From contig SVTI01000001.1 of the NCBI GenBank assembly GCA_015063855.1, forward strand, positions 8,017 through 72,016: 64,000 nt of DNA. The letters run 5' to 3'. The notes beneath the pieces were generated by a model, which worked only from the letters and a program-made list of their open reading frames with translations, searched no databases and had not been told where the DNA came from. The stretch comes from Oscillospiraceae bacterium. Lineage in GTDB: Bacteria > Bacillota > Clostridia > Oscillospirales > CAG-272. Positions 29,501 through 37,433 of this stretch are shown here, piece after piece; position 1 is the first letter of the stretch, and every line of letters begins with the position of its first letter. Both the position numbers and the translations under genes were made by a program.

Positions 29501-31116
29501 CCCTCGGTGTGCCGGGAGGATTTGACGGCAATACTTGGGGTGAGACTCCCGACGGTCTCTGTGTGCCCATCGGTCTCTACGATGAGCCTCAGAGCCAAAG
29601 CAGAGGAGTTCAGTATATGGACTTCGGTGCCGAGGGTCACTTCGGAATATACGGTGCATCAGGCACAGGCAAAACCACTCTCTTAAAAACAGTTCTCCTC
29701 TCTATGGGTAAGTACTACTCACCCGAGGACGTAAATATATACGTCCTCGATTTCGGCGGCTGGAGCACCGGTGTATTTGCCGACATGCCCCATGTCGGTG
29801 GTATAGCCCTTGACCGAGAGGAAGAGAAATTCTCTAAATTCGAAAAGCTCATAATGCAGGAATTTGATCGCAGAAAGAAGCTTTTCCTTAAAAACGCGGT
29901 AGGCTCTCTCTGGGCATACCGTGAAGCCGTAGCCCGCGACATCCCTGCAATAGTTATAGCCATAGACAACATCACCCCCCTCTTTGATCTCTATCCCGAG
30001 CTTGAAAATCTCTTTGTAACGATAGCAAGAGACGGTGCGACCTACGGTATCTATCTTCTCTACACTGCGGGCAGTACCGCAGGTGTACGCTACAAGATAC
30101 TGCAGAGCGTCCGAGGAGCAGTAGCCTTTGAGTTGGTCGACAAGAGCGACTACTCCTCTATAGTCGGCAGACTCGACGGAGTAACTCTGCCTAAGGTTGC
30201 AGGAAGAGCGTTCTATAAGGGCAATCCTCCGGTCGAATTTCAGGCTGCACTCTTCTCCAAGGGTAAGACTGAGCGTGAAATGACAGTTGCTCTGCGCAGT
30301 ATTGCAGAACAGATGAATATGGCATGGCAGGGAGAACGTCCCAAGCCCATTCCCGTTATGCCCGATACCGTTACCTGTGAGGATATGCTCTCATGCTACA
30401 ATAAGAGAACAAACATCCCCGTGGGAATCGATTACGAAGACGTATCAAAGGCATATATAGACCTCTCTGACAACTATTCTATGCTGGTAGGCGGATCTAT
30501 GCGTTGCGGCAAGAGTGAGATGCTTTGTAAGCTTGCAGACAATATAAGCCACCGCTTCAACGATACCAAAATATTTATCTTTGACAGCATATCTGCATCT
30601 CTTACACCTCTCAAGGGGATCGCATATAAATATACCCCCGTCACAGAGGATACAAACGTCAGCGATATGTTAAACGAGGTAGTAGGTTATCTTAACGAGA
30701 GAAAGAAGGCCCAGAACAAGAGCCGCGCCGAATCGGACTCATCCTTCAGCGAGAAAAGATTCATCGAGGCCTACGAGCTTATATGTATCATCATAGACGA
30801 TCTGAAGGAGTTTACAGACTCTGTATCCAACGCTAACAAAAACACTATGGAGCGTATATGCAGGATGGCAGGAGATCTTGGAGTCATCGTTCTCAGCGCA
30901 GGACGTATGGCAGACGTGTCGAGATATAACGAGGTCGACAGCTTCACCGCTTCTATAATATCCAACCAGAACGCTGTTGTCCTTGCAGGAACGCCCAACA
31001 ACCATTCCTATCTGCAGAATTCTCTTCGCTTCAGCGAAAGAGATACCGAGCCCGGCGAAGGTAATGCTTACCTTTACTCAAAGGGTAGGTGCAGATTGAT
31101 TAAACTCATGCAATAA
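26590..31116 (+). CDS. essC: Type VII secretion FtsK/SpoIIIE-family ATPase EssC with N-terminal FHA domains
   Basis: 1508 aa. FHA-like region: FGRAPANDVIFKLPFVSGSHFTL..STNGLFLNG. Three P-loops: GTTGSGKSELL, GASGTGKTTLL, GGSMRCGKSEM. Confidence 0.9.
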   Translation: MLISAVLLHDNQSYYFVLEPGKDISIGSGKKDGINVVGFANSQITIKNRNGDIYVNAKKAYGYETASAPLDDLIVLDMNSSTILYFSSITSESETTLTLPYSCMLKFGRAPANDVIFKLPFVSGSHFTLKKEGANIRVEDNGSTNGLFLNGRRCNIAKLVSGDVLSILTLQIRLVNGVLYFSNVGKWLTVKEIVTEDTRSHADNDASVLKYRRSPRTRDSLPSEDIVLAPAPQKGLRPEKAKGFFASIASPTAKVATTIVTSAASPALMAARTAKLVPTLARAVTTDANAKKRMAAHEQQESALYEKYGAYINDQRARIESVAQQQREILTRENPDPSECMKILFSLRRNLWERMPSDKDFLDVRIGMGYEDLCVSIKSREDAMNFRADDENARLTAQIIEENRIVDNLPARLSLKTRNTIGFIGNRQKTIDTVKNLIVSLTCSHFYEDVKLVGIFDQKEFSVWEPLKWLPHMWDNDRQFRTLAFDRENAHHLCDMFTDIIKKRREEAASSRNGISPKPHYILIFGSKDMVEHEQIMNELFSNEDVGITSLFLFDDMYMLPPDCQTIVDMDNDPSVFDRYEANKKFYFSPDPEFNSVVFDAYARRMSAVEPEGVGKSSVLPNSVTFLSGFNVQTPEELNILERWENSKTYKSLAAPIGVMAGDKTFSFDIHEKAHGPHGLVAGTTGSGKSELLQTWMLSMAVNYHPHDVSFVIIDYKGGVTASLLEPLPHVVGKITNINSNINRSLISLRAEVKRRSAILADHGVTGIDAYQMLYKSGKANDPLPHLIIVSDEFAELKKEEPEFISQLVSIARVGRALGIHLVLATQKPGGIVDEQIQSNSRFRLCLKVQDVNDSREMIKRPDAARITQAGRAFVRVGEDEYFDLFQSFWSGAPYKGAHSSEDEKENQVRLVDINGRRVKAVSDEKTRYFSELNEITAIVRYIAHISEKNGIEKLQGPWLPELPDSITLDSLGVPGGFDGNTWGETPDGLCVPIGLYDEPQSQSRGVQYMDFGAEGHFGIYGASGTGKTTLLKTVLLSMGKYYSPEDVNIYVLDFGGWSTGVFADMPHVGGIALDREEEKFSKFEKLIMQEFDRRKKLFLKNAVGSLWAYREAVARDIPAIVIAIDNITPLFDLYPELENLFVTIARDGATYGIYLLYTAGSTAGVRYKILQSVRGAVAFELVDKSDYSSIVGRLDGVTLPKVAGRAFYKGNPPVEFQAALFSKGKTEREMTVALRSIAEQMNMAWQGERPKPIPVMPDTVTCEDMLSCYNKRTNIPVGIDYEDVSKAYIDLSDNYSMLVGGSMRCGKSEMLCKLADNISHRFNDTKIFIFDSISASLTPLKGIAYKYTPVTEDTNVSDMLNEVVGYLNERKKAQNKSRAESDSSFSEKRFIEAYELICIIIDDLKEFTDSVSNANKNTMERICRMAGDLGVIVLSAGRMADVSRYNEVDSFTASIISNQNAVVLAGTPNNHSYLQNSLRFSERDTEPGEGNAYLYSKGRCRLIKLMQ

Positions 31117-31128
31117 GGAGAAGAACCT

Positions 31129-31650
31129 ATGTTAAGCGCAAATATCGGTGAATTGGAGAAGATGGCGGACGCTGTTGCCAAGGCATCCGAGGACGCAGAG
31201 GAAGCAATGCTCGTACTCAGAGCCCTTCGTTCCGAAATGATGAACGATGTCGGATTTATATCCCATTCCGAGGCTGCTTCGATATTAGAGGAGCTTACCT
31301 CGGCATATTCCCTGCTCTACAAAAGCAATGATAGTCTTAAATCGCTTAAAAGCTCCACTGCCGGCATTTCAGGTGTATATACAGAAAACGAGCAAAAAAA
31401 TATTGCGACCCTCAATTCAATGAAGACAGCTGCGGGAAATGTCGGAAAAATGGTTAAGATCGCATCCACCTCCGAAAATTATCCTCTTATGGAACAGAGC
31501 TCTGACAGAGAGCTTGAGGACAGGACCGAAAAGCTCACCGATATCAAAACCGATGATGTCGAGCCCGTAAACATCTCCTGTGTAACCGAAACACTTCATA
31601 AGGATTACAAGCTCAAAAAAATAAAGATCATGGAGGAGCAAGAGGACTAA
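31129..31650 (+). CDS. Hypothetical helical protein in the T7SS operon (no WXG motif)
   Basis: 173 aa with a helical N-terminal half and an acidic C-terminus. Position only; I recognise no family. Confidence 0.5.
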   Translation: MLSANIGELEKMADAVAKASEDAEEAMLVLRALRSEMMNDVGFISHSEAASILEELTSAYSLLYKSNDSLKSLKSSTAGISGVYTENEQKNIATLNSMKTAAGNVGKMVKIASTSENYPLMEQSSDRELEDRTEKLTDIKTDDVEPVNISCVTETLHKDYKLKKIKIMEEQED

Positions 31651-31651
31651 G

Positions 31652-32422
31652 ATGATAAACACGGAGTATTCTGCAGAGTTAAGCTCTTCGGAGATCATCA
31701 CCCTTGCCGCCATACTCAAGTGCGATGCCGTATTCGGTATAAACAAGCCCTCGGGCACCTGGCTTACCGATACCAAGCGCCGTATCGACTCGGCATTTCA
31801 AAGTCTTGAGGAAAAGGGACTTATTTACTTCACCTTTGACGGCGATCTTTATTTAAAAAACGAACTGAAGAAGATAATTCAAGCAATGACCGAGGCGGAA
31901 TCGGTTGCCTTATTTACACACATTCCGTACAATTCAAAAAAACAAAGCTACTATGTTTTTTACAGACAAGGATATATGGTCCGATGCGAAAAAACAGGAA
32001 GCTCAAGCTACAGCATTGTCCTGAAGGACAGCTTTGAAGAAAGCGATCTTCCGAAGACTCTGTCCGAGGAAAAGGGAGAAAAAATATCAATAACTCTTCC
32101 CTTGAAAAATGCGGAAAAAGCAAAAAAGCTCATACGTGCATTTGATACCGATTCTGCAGGAAAGCTTCTTTTGGAAGATTGCGGTCATTCAGAAGCATCG
32201 GAGCTTATGACTGAGGTTCTTTCAGGTGGCTGCTCGGCTACGAGCATCAGGATCCGTGTAAAAAATGGACGTCTCTACACCAAAACTTCAAATGATCTTA
32301 TAATCAGCACGTCAAAAGGAAATATGAAGCTTTATACCGGTGAGGACGAGCTTCTGAAAGTCGAATCTATAAGTAAGGATGAGTTGCTTTCCGAGATCAA
32401 ACGCAATTTAGAAGTAAATTAA
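31652..32422 (+). CDS. Hypothetical T7SS-associated protein (weak EspG-chaperone-like N-terminal pattern)
   Basis: 256 aa with a 1-nt gap to the upstream gene. The resemblance (LSSSEIITLAAILKCDAVFGINKP) is only pattern-level. Confidence 0.45.
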   Translation: MINTEYSAELSSSEIITLAAILKCDAVFGINKPSGTWLTDTKRRIDSAFQSLEEKGLIYFTFDGDLYLKNELKKIIQAMTEAESVALFTHIPYNSKKQSYYVFYRQGYMVRCEKTGSSSYSIVLKDSFEESDLPKTLSEEKGEKISITLPLKNAEKAKKLIRAFDTDSAGKLLLEDCGHSEASELMTEVLSGGCSATSIRIRVKNGRLYTKTSNDLIISTSKGNMKLYTGEDELLKVESISKDELLSEIKRNLEVN

Positions 32423-32447
32423 ATTTTAATAACAGGAAGTTATATAA

Positions 32448-32729
32448 ATGAAAAGTATTATAGTTACATTAACTGATGAAAGAAGATCCTTTTCCTACGA
32501 TCTTGAGCTGAGATGTGACAGGAAAATCGAAAAGCTCAAGCTCGATATCGCTGAGGTTTTGTGCGGATGCAATCCCGATCTTTATATCGAAACATCAAAG
32601 ATGGCTCTCTTTGTACCGAGAAAGCAGAGACTTATAGGTGACAAGGAGACTCTCGAAGAGGCGGGAGTATGGAACGGCGATTATATTCATATCACCGAAA
32701 AAGAAAATTCCACAAATAATTTTATGTAA
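32448..32729 (+). CDS. esaB: YukD/EsaB-like ubiquitin-fold T7SS protein
   Basis: 93 aa. The N-terminus IIVTLTDERRSFSYDLELRCDRKIEKLKLDI is typical of YukD. T7SS context supports the call. Confidence 0.6.
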   Translation: MKSIIVTLTDERRSFSYDLELRCDRKIEKLKLDIAEVLCGCNPDLYIETSKMALFVPRKQRLIGDKETLEEAGVWNGDYIHITEKENSTNNFM

Positions 32730-32741
32730 GGAAGGTCGGAA

Positions 32742-32990
32742 ATGAGCGAAATCACTTTTGAAGATAGTCTTACTCATTACAATACTTATTTAAAGCGTGT
32801 AAAGGAAGAGATTTCCTCCTCACGTAACAATCTTAAGACCGCTCTCAGAGCCATCGAGGACGGCTGGCAGGGAGAGGTCGCCAAAGCATGCAAGGAAAAG
32901 ATCGAGGATATAAGACTGGATCTTAAAAATGCAAACAAGGATATCTCTGAGGCAACCTCAAAAATATCCAAGCTCCAAAAATCATTTTAA
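32742..32990 (+). CDS. WXG100-family protein 1
   Basis: 82 aa with a central DGWQGE motif in a helical hairpin context. Confidence 0.7.
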   Translation: MSEITFEDSLTHYNTYLKRVKEEISSSRNNLKTALRAIEDGWQGEVAKACKEKIEDIRLDLKNANKDISEATSKISKLQKSF

Positions 32991-33008
32991 TACACAAGGA
33001 GAAAGATC

Positions 33009-33308
33009 ATGGCACTTATTCAGGTAACACCCGAGCTTTTAGATTCAAAGGCAAACGAGCTTCGTACACTCAGAAGCCAGCACGACGAAATAATGAACAA
33101 GATGAGTACGCTTATTTCAAGCTTAAGCGATGTATGGAAGGGCGATGCTCAGCAGGCATTTGTAGACAAATATGACGAAATGAAGGGCACCTTCTCCAAT
33201 TTTTCCGATCTCTTGGAGGAGTATGCAAAAATGATGAATACCGCGGCACAGAAGCTCTATGATGCTGACCAAAGTATTCAGGTATCCATGGCCGGCTTCG
33301 GTGAATAA
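33009..33308 (+). CDS. WXG100-family protein 2 (EsxA-like)
   Basis: 99 aa beginning MALIQVTPELL, with motif DVWKGDAQQAF. Confidence 0.8.
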   Translation: MALIQVTPELLDSKANELRTLRSQHDEIMNKMSTLISSLSDVWKGDAQQAFVDKYDEMKGTFSNFSDLLEEYAKMMNTAAQKLYDADQSIQVSMAGFGE

Positions 33309-33310
33309 GC

Positions 33311-33604
33311 ATGACTACCATAAACGTTAACGATGCGGCAATGCTTGAAAAAAGCAACGAGATCGCAATGTTAAAAAACGAGCTTTCACATAATCTGAAA
33401 AAGATCGAGGATACTGTATTGTCCATGCAAGGAGACTGGCAGGGTGCAGGTGAAAAGATTTTCTCTGCAAAAATACTGACCGTCAAGGATCAATATAACG
33501 ATATCCTTGATTTCTTCGACGATTACGCAAAGATCCTTAAGGGATTTGCGGAATCCTACGAGAGACAGGAAGCCGATCTTGTTTCAAAGATAAAGATGGC
33601 TTGA
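33311..33604 (+). CDS. WXG100-family protein 3
   Basis: 97 aa with motif GDWQGAGEKIF. Confidence 0.75.
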   Translation: MTTINVNDAAMLEKSNEIAMLKNELSHNLKKIEDTVLSMQGDWQGAGEKIFSAKILTVKDQYNDILDFFDDYAKILKGFAESYERQEADLVSKIKMA

Positions 33605-33615
33605 CGGAGTCACAG

Positions 33616-35658
33616 ATGAAACGATTCACTAAACTGTTATCATTGATATCGGCGCTCATAATGGCATTTGCAACGCTTGCGCCCGTGTGTACGGTTCATT
33701 CCATGCCCTCGGCTCCCGTAATAAGCGTCCAAAACTACACTGTATGCCTGACCGAAGCCGAGAGCATAAAATACATACGCTTTGCATTGGGAACGTACAA
33801 AAGCGCCTCCGAAATTAAAAATGCGGCGGACTGTGTTACTCTTAACTCTTCCGTGATTTCCGTAAATACTGCAAACGGGGTATTTTCCTACGAAATGCCG
33901 AACGGCGGCATATACAGCTTCTGGGTTAAGACCGATTCAAGCGAATACATCTTTTCTCCTGTCGATATGACGTTTATGACACCCGAGATCGTCACCGACG
34001 GTGTGACTATTACCGTAAAGAACGTATACGGCGCAAGTGATCTCTTTATCGCCAAGGGTACATGGAACAGCTATCCCGAAATCAAGTCTAACGGATATAT
34101 AGTCCGTGCGACCTCCAATAAGCTAAGTACGCTCAAGAATTATTCCTATACGGTAAAGGATCCGGGCGATTATACCGTTCTTGTCCGTTACAACGGCAGA
34201 GAATGGTATAAAAATTTCAATATCTACTGTATCACTCCCACCTACAGCGGTAACGGATTGCAACTCACGGTCGGCAATCTTGAGGGTGTTAAGGTTATAA
34301 GAACAGCCTGCGGGAAATATACCACTATCTCAGCTATGAAGAAGTCTGATACCCACAAGGCATTCACGGCCAAGGGGGTACTCAAGGATCAAAGCGAATA
34401 CACCATTCAGCTCCGTAACAGCGGCATTGTGACCGTAGCCGTTCAGTATGAAAACGGCTATTACGAATTCTACGAATATAATGCCGTACAGAAAACTCCG
34501 ACTATATCTCAGGATAATGAAAAGATCACCTTCGGAGACCTTGACGGACTTAAGCTTATCCGTTACGCCAAGGGTGAGTACACAACCTCAAAGGAAATTA
34601 AATATGCACCCGATTCCAGGGTAATAAAATACGAATCGGCATTAAACGGATATATCACAGTCACTCTTGACCCGGGAATATATTCCTTCTGTGTTCAATA
34701 CGATGATGAGAGCTATAACTATTATACCTTCACCGTAACCGACAAGGAAAAAGCCCCTGCCGTATTCAGCAAGCAATACCGGTTTACAGATGCACAGGGA
34801 AATACGGTAAGCACCCTTCCCTACTGGCTCTACACACCCGCCGATGCGACAGAGGGAATGCCCCTGATCGTCGTCCTGCACAGTGCTCACGTCAAATCCA
34901 AAAATGAGCTTACGGCAGAAGCAAATCTCGATAACATGGTAAGCTCAGCGGACGATCTGCCGAAATTCATATACAACGGAGAGTTTGGAAACATCCCCGC
35001 CTATATCGTAATGCCTCAGACAAGTGGAGCATCAAGAGGATGGGCAAAGCGCGGAGCCGAGCTCAAGGAATTGGTTGGATTTTGTCAAAGAGAATACGGT
35101 ATAGATTCAGGTAACGTCAGCATTATGGGCTACAGCCTCGGCGGAACGGGAGCAATCGAGGTCGCGTCCGCTTATCCCGAGACGTTCACCCGTGTTTTTT
35201 CGGCAGCAGGCGGTCTTGACGGTGTAACCAATAATTCAAGACCTTATATTGAAGGAACAGGCAGACTTGATATCAATACCGAAACATACAAGGCTCTTCG
35301 TGTTCTAAAAGAAAACAGCACAACCGAATACGAAAAGGAAACTATGAAGTACCAATATGCCGCCTCGGGTAACAAGTATCTTACCATAACCAAAGAAGAG
35401 ATCGATGCGGCAAAAGCTTTCGAGATACAGAGAATAACCGAGATCGCAGGTATCTTTAATAATGATGATATCCTTGTATGGACTGTGGTAGGAGACAGGG
35501 ATACAGAGGTAGCACCCTCTGTATCGGCAGAACTCTGCGACACAATAGGCTCAAACAAAGCAAAATGTGACGTAATTGAGGACTGCAGTCATGCCGGGGC
35601 AATATCCTACTGTCTTGAAATCAAGTCAGAGATAATCTCTTTCCTTTTAAATGAATAA
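33616..35658 (+). CDS. Secreted protein: Sec signal peptide, four ~90-aa beta-rich repeats, C-terminal alpha/beta-hydrolase (esterase)
   Basis: Start trimmed to MKRFTKLLSLISALIMAFATLAPVCTVHS. The repeats share an I(R/K)xAxGxYxxxxEIK pattern. The nucleophile elbow is IMGYSLGGTG. Confidence 0.7.
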   Translation: MKRFTKLLSLISALIMAFATLAPVCTVHSMPSAPVISVQNYTVCLTEAESIKYIRFALGTYKSASEIKNAADCVTLNSSVISVNTANGVFSYEMPNGGIYSFWVKTDSSEYIFSPVDMTFMTPEIVTDGVTITVKNVYGASDLFIAKGTWNSYPEIKSNGYIVRATSNKLSTLKNYSYTVKDPGDYTVLVRYNGREWYKNFNIYCITPTYSGNGLQLTVGNLEGVKVIRTACGKYTTISAMKKSDTHKAFTAKGVLKDQSEYTIQLRNSGIVTVAVQYENGYYEFYEYNAVQKTPTISQDNEKITFGDLDGLKLIRYAKGEYTTSKEIKYAPDSRVIKYESALNGYITVTLDPGIYSFCVQYDDESYNYYTFTVTDKEKAPAVFSKQYRFTDAQGNTVSTLPYWLYTPADATEGMPLIVVLHSAHVKSKNELTAEANLDNMVSSADDLPKFIYNGEFGNIPAYIVMPQTSGASRGWAKRGAELKELVGFCQREYGIDSGNVSIMGYSLGGTGAIEVASAYPETFTRVFSAAGGLDGVTNNSRPYIEGTGRLDINTETYKALRVLKENSTTEYEKETMKYQYAASGNKYLTITKEEIDAAKAFEIQRITEIAGIFNNDDILVWTVVGDRDTEVAPSVSAELCDTIGSNKAKCDVIEDCSHAGAISYCLEIKSEIISFLLNE

Positions 35659-35696
35659 ACCGAATGCGAGATATTTCAAGAAAAAACGAATATTTA

Positions 35697-35725
35697 TTGA
35701 CAATAAAAATAAAATGTGATATAAT
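35697..35725 (+). promoter_or_regulatory. Consensus sigma-A promoter of the SCIFF operon (TTGACA-17-TATAAT, TGn)
   Basis: Sequence: ttgaca ataaaaataaaatgtga tataat. Confidence 0.6.
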
Positions 35726-35762
35726 CATATCAATAATTTGAATTACTACGGAGGTAATAGAA

Positions 35763-35912
35763 ATGAGCAGAATTAAGACTATCGAAACCAAGGATATTGT
35801 TAAGACTGTAAAGGACGGCGGATGCGGAGAATGCCAGACCTCTTGCCAGTCTGCTTGCAAGACTTCTTGCGGCGTTGCTAACCAGGCTTGCGAAAACAAG
35901 AAGGCTAAGTAA
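35763..35912 (+). CDS. scfA: SCIFF six-cysteine ranthipeptide precursor
   Basis: Not in the ORF track (49 aa). Sequence: MSRIKTIETKDIVKTVKDGGCGECQTSCQSACKTSCGVANQACENKKAK. GGAGG RBS. It lies directly upstream of its maturase. Confidence 0.9.
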   Translation: MSRIKTIETKDIVKTVKDGGCGECQTSCQSACKTSCGVANQACENKKAK

Positions 35913-36001
35913 TTATTTTTAGAAAATTGCTTCACTTCGGGTGCTGAAGAGATAAGTTTATACCCGATCTTCGGTGCGCCCGGCGGCGCTTTTACGGTTA
36001 T

Positions 36002-36036
36002 AACGCTGTCTTCTACAAGGCAGCGTTTTATATTTT
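36002..36036 (+). terminator. Leaky terminator or attenuator hairpin between scfA and scfB
   Basis: Stem aacgctg/cagcgtt followed by ttttatatttt. Confidence 0.4.
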
Positions 36037-36056
36037 GTTATAATTAAGGAAGAAAA

Positions 36057-37433
36057 ATGGTACATCAGTATAAATTAAACGGATATAATATAGTCCTTGA
36101 CACCTGTAGCGGCTCTGTTCACACCGTGGATGAGGTAGCTTATGATATAATCGAAATGTTTAACGATCATACAAGTGAACAAATAGTCAAGGAAATATCA
36201 CAGAGATATAAGCATCTCCCTGACGTAACCGAGGAGGAGATACTTGAGTGTATCGATGATATCAACTCTCTTATCGATGCGGGAAAGCTATTCTCCGAGG
36301 ACAAGTATGAAAAGCTTGCTTATACATATAAGAATAATTCTAATGTGGTTAAGGCGCTCTGTCTCCATGTTGCCCATGTATGCAACCTCAACTGCTCATA
36401 CTGCTTTGCAAGTCAGGGTAAGTATCAGGGAGAGAGAGCTCTCATGAGCTTCGAGGTCGGTAAGCAGGCATTTGACTGGCTTATTGCAAATTCGGGAACA
36501 AGAAGAAACCTCGAGGTAGACTTCTTCGGCGGCGAACCCCTGATGAATTGGGATGTAGTTAAACAGTTAGTTGAATATGCCAGAAGCATAGAAAAGAAAT
36601 ACGACAAGAATTTCCGCTTCACCCTTACCACTAACGGTGTATTGGTAGATGATGACGTTATCGAGTTTGCCAACCGTGAGATGAGTAACGTGGTATTAAG
36701 TCTCGACGGCAGAAAGTGTGTCCACGATCACTTCCGTGTAGACTATGCAGGCAAGGGCAGCTATGACACCATAGTTCCCAAGTTCAAGAAGTTTGTAGAG
36801 TCCAGAGGCGGCAAGGACTACTATATGAGAGGTACATTCACTCATAATAACGTAGACTTCACCGAGGATATCTTCCACATGGCAGACCTCGGGTTTACAG
36901 AGCTCAGCATGGAGCCTGTAGTATGTCCTCCCGATGATCCCTATGCATTGACAGAAGAGGATCTCCCCAAGCTCTTTGAGCAGTATGAGATCCTTGCTAA
37001 GGAAATGATCAAGCGTAAGAAGGAGGGTCGCCCCTTCACATTCTACCACTATATGCTTGATCTTAAAAACGGCCCCTGTATCTACAAGAGAATTACAGGT
37101 TGCGGTTCGGGTACGGAATATATGGCTGTTACCCCCTGGGGTGAGCTTTTCCCCTGCCATCAGTTTGTAGGTGATGAGAAGTACAGCCTCGGCAACGTAT
37201 GGGACGGTGTTACCAAGAAGGACGTTCAGGATCAGTTCCGTTGCTGTAATGCATACAGCCGCGAAGAATGTAAGGATTGCTGGGCAAGACTCTATTGCTC
37301 AGGCGGTTGTGCCGCTAACTCCTACCATGCCACCGGTTCTATCGGTGGTGTATATAAGTACGGCTGTGAGCTTTTCAAAAAGCGTATAGAATGTGCAGTG
37401 ATGATGCAGGTAGCAGAATCAGAGGAAGAATAA
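36057..37433 (+). CDS. scfB: SCIFF radical SAM / SPASM maturase
   Basis: CNLNCSYCF radical-SAM motif. Cys-rich SPASM C-terminus: CGSGTEY..CHQF..CKDCWARLYCSGGC. Confidence 0.9.
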   Translation: MVHQYKLNGYNIVLDTCSGSVHTVDEVAYDIIEMFNDHTSEQIVKEISQRYKHLPDVTEEEILECIDDINSLIDAGKLFSEDKYEKLAYTYKNNSNVVKALCLHVAHVCNLNCSYCFASQGKYQGERALMSFEVGKQAFDWLIANSGTRRNLEVDFFGGEPLMNWDVVKQLVEYARSIEKKYDKNFRFTLTTNGVLVDDDVIEFANREMSNVVLSLDGRKCVHDHFRVDYAGKGSYDTIVPKFKKFVESRGGKDYYMRGTFTHNNVDFTEDIFHMADLGFTELSMEPVVCPPDDPYALTEEDLPKLFEQYEILAKEMIKRKKEGRPFTFYHYMLDLKNGPCIYKRITGCGSGTEYMAVTPWGELFPCHQFVGDEKYSLGNVWDGVTKKDVQDQFRCCNAYSREECKDCWARLYCSGGCAANSYHATGSIGGVYKYGCELFKKRIECAVMMQVAESEEE

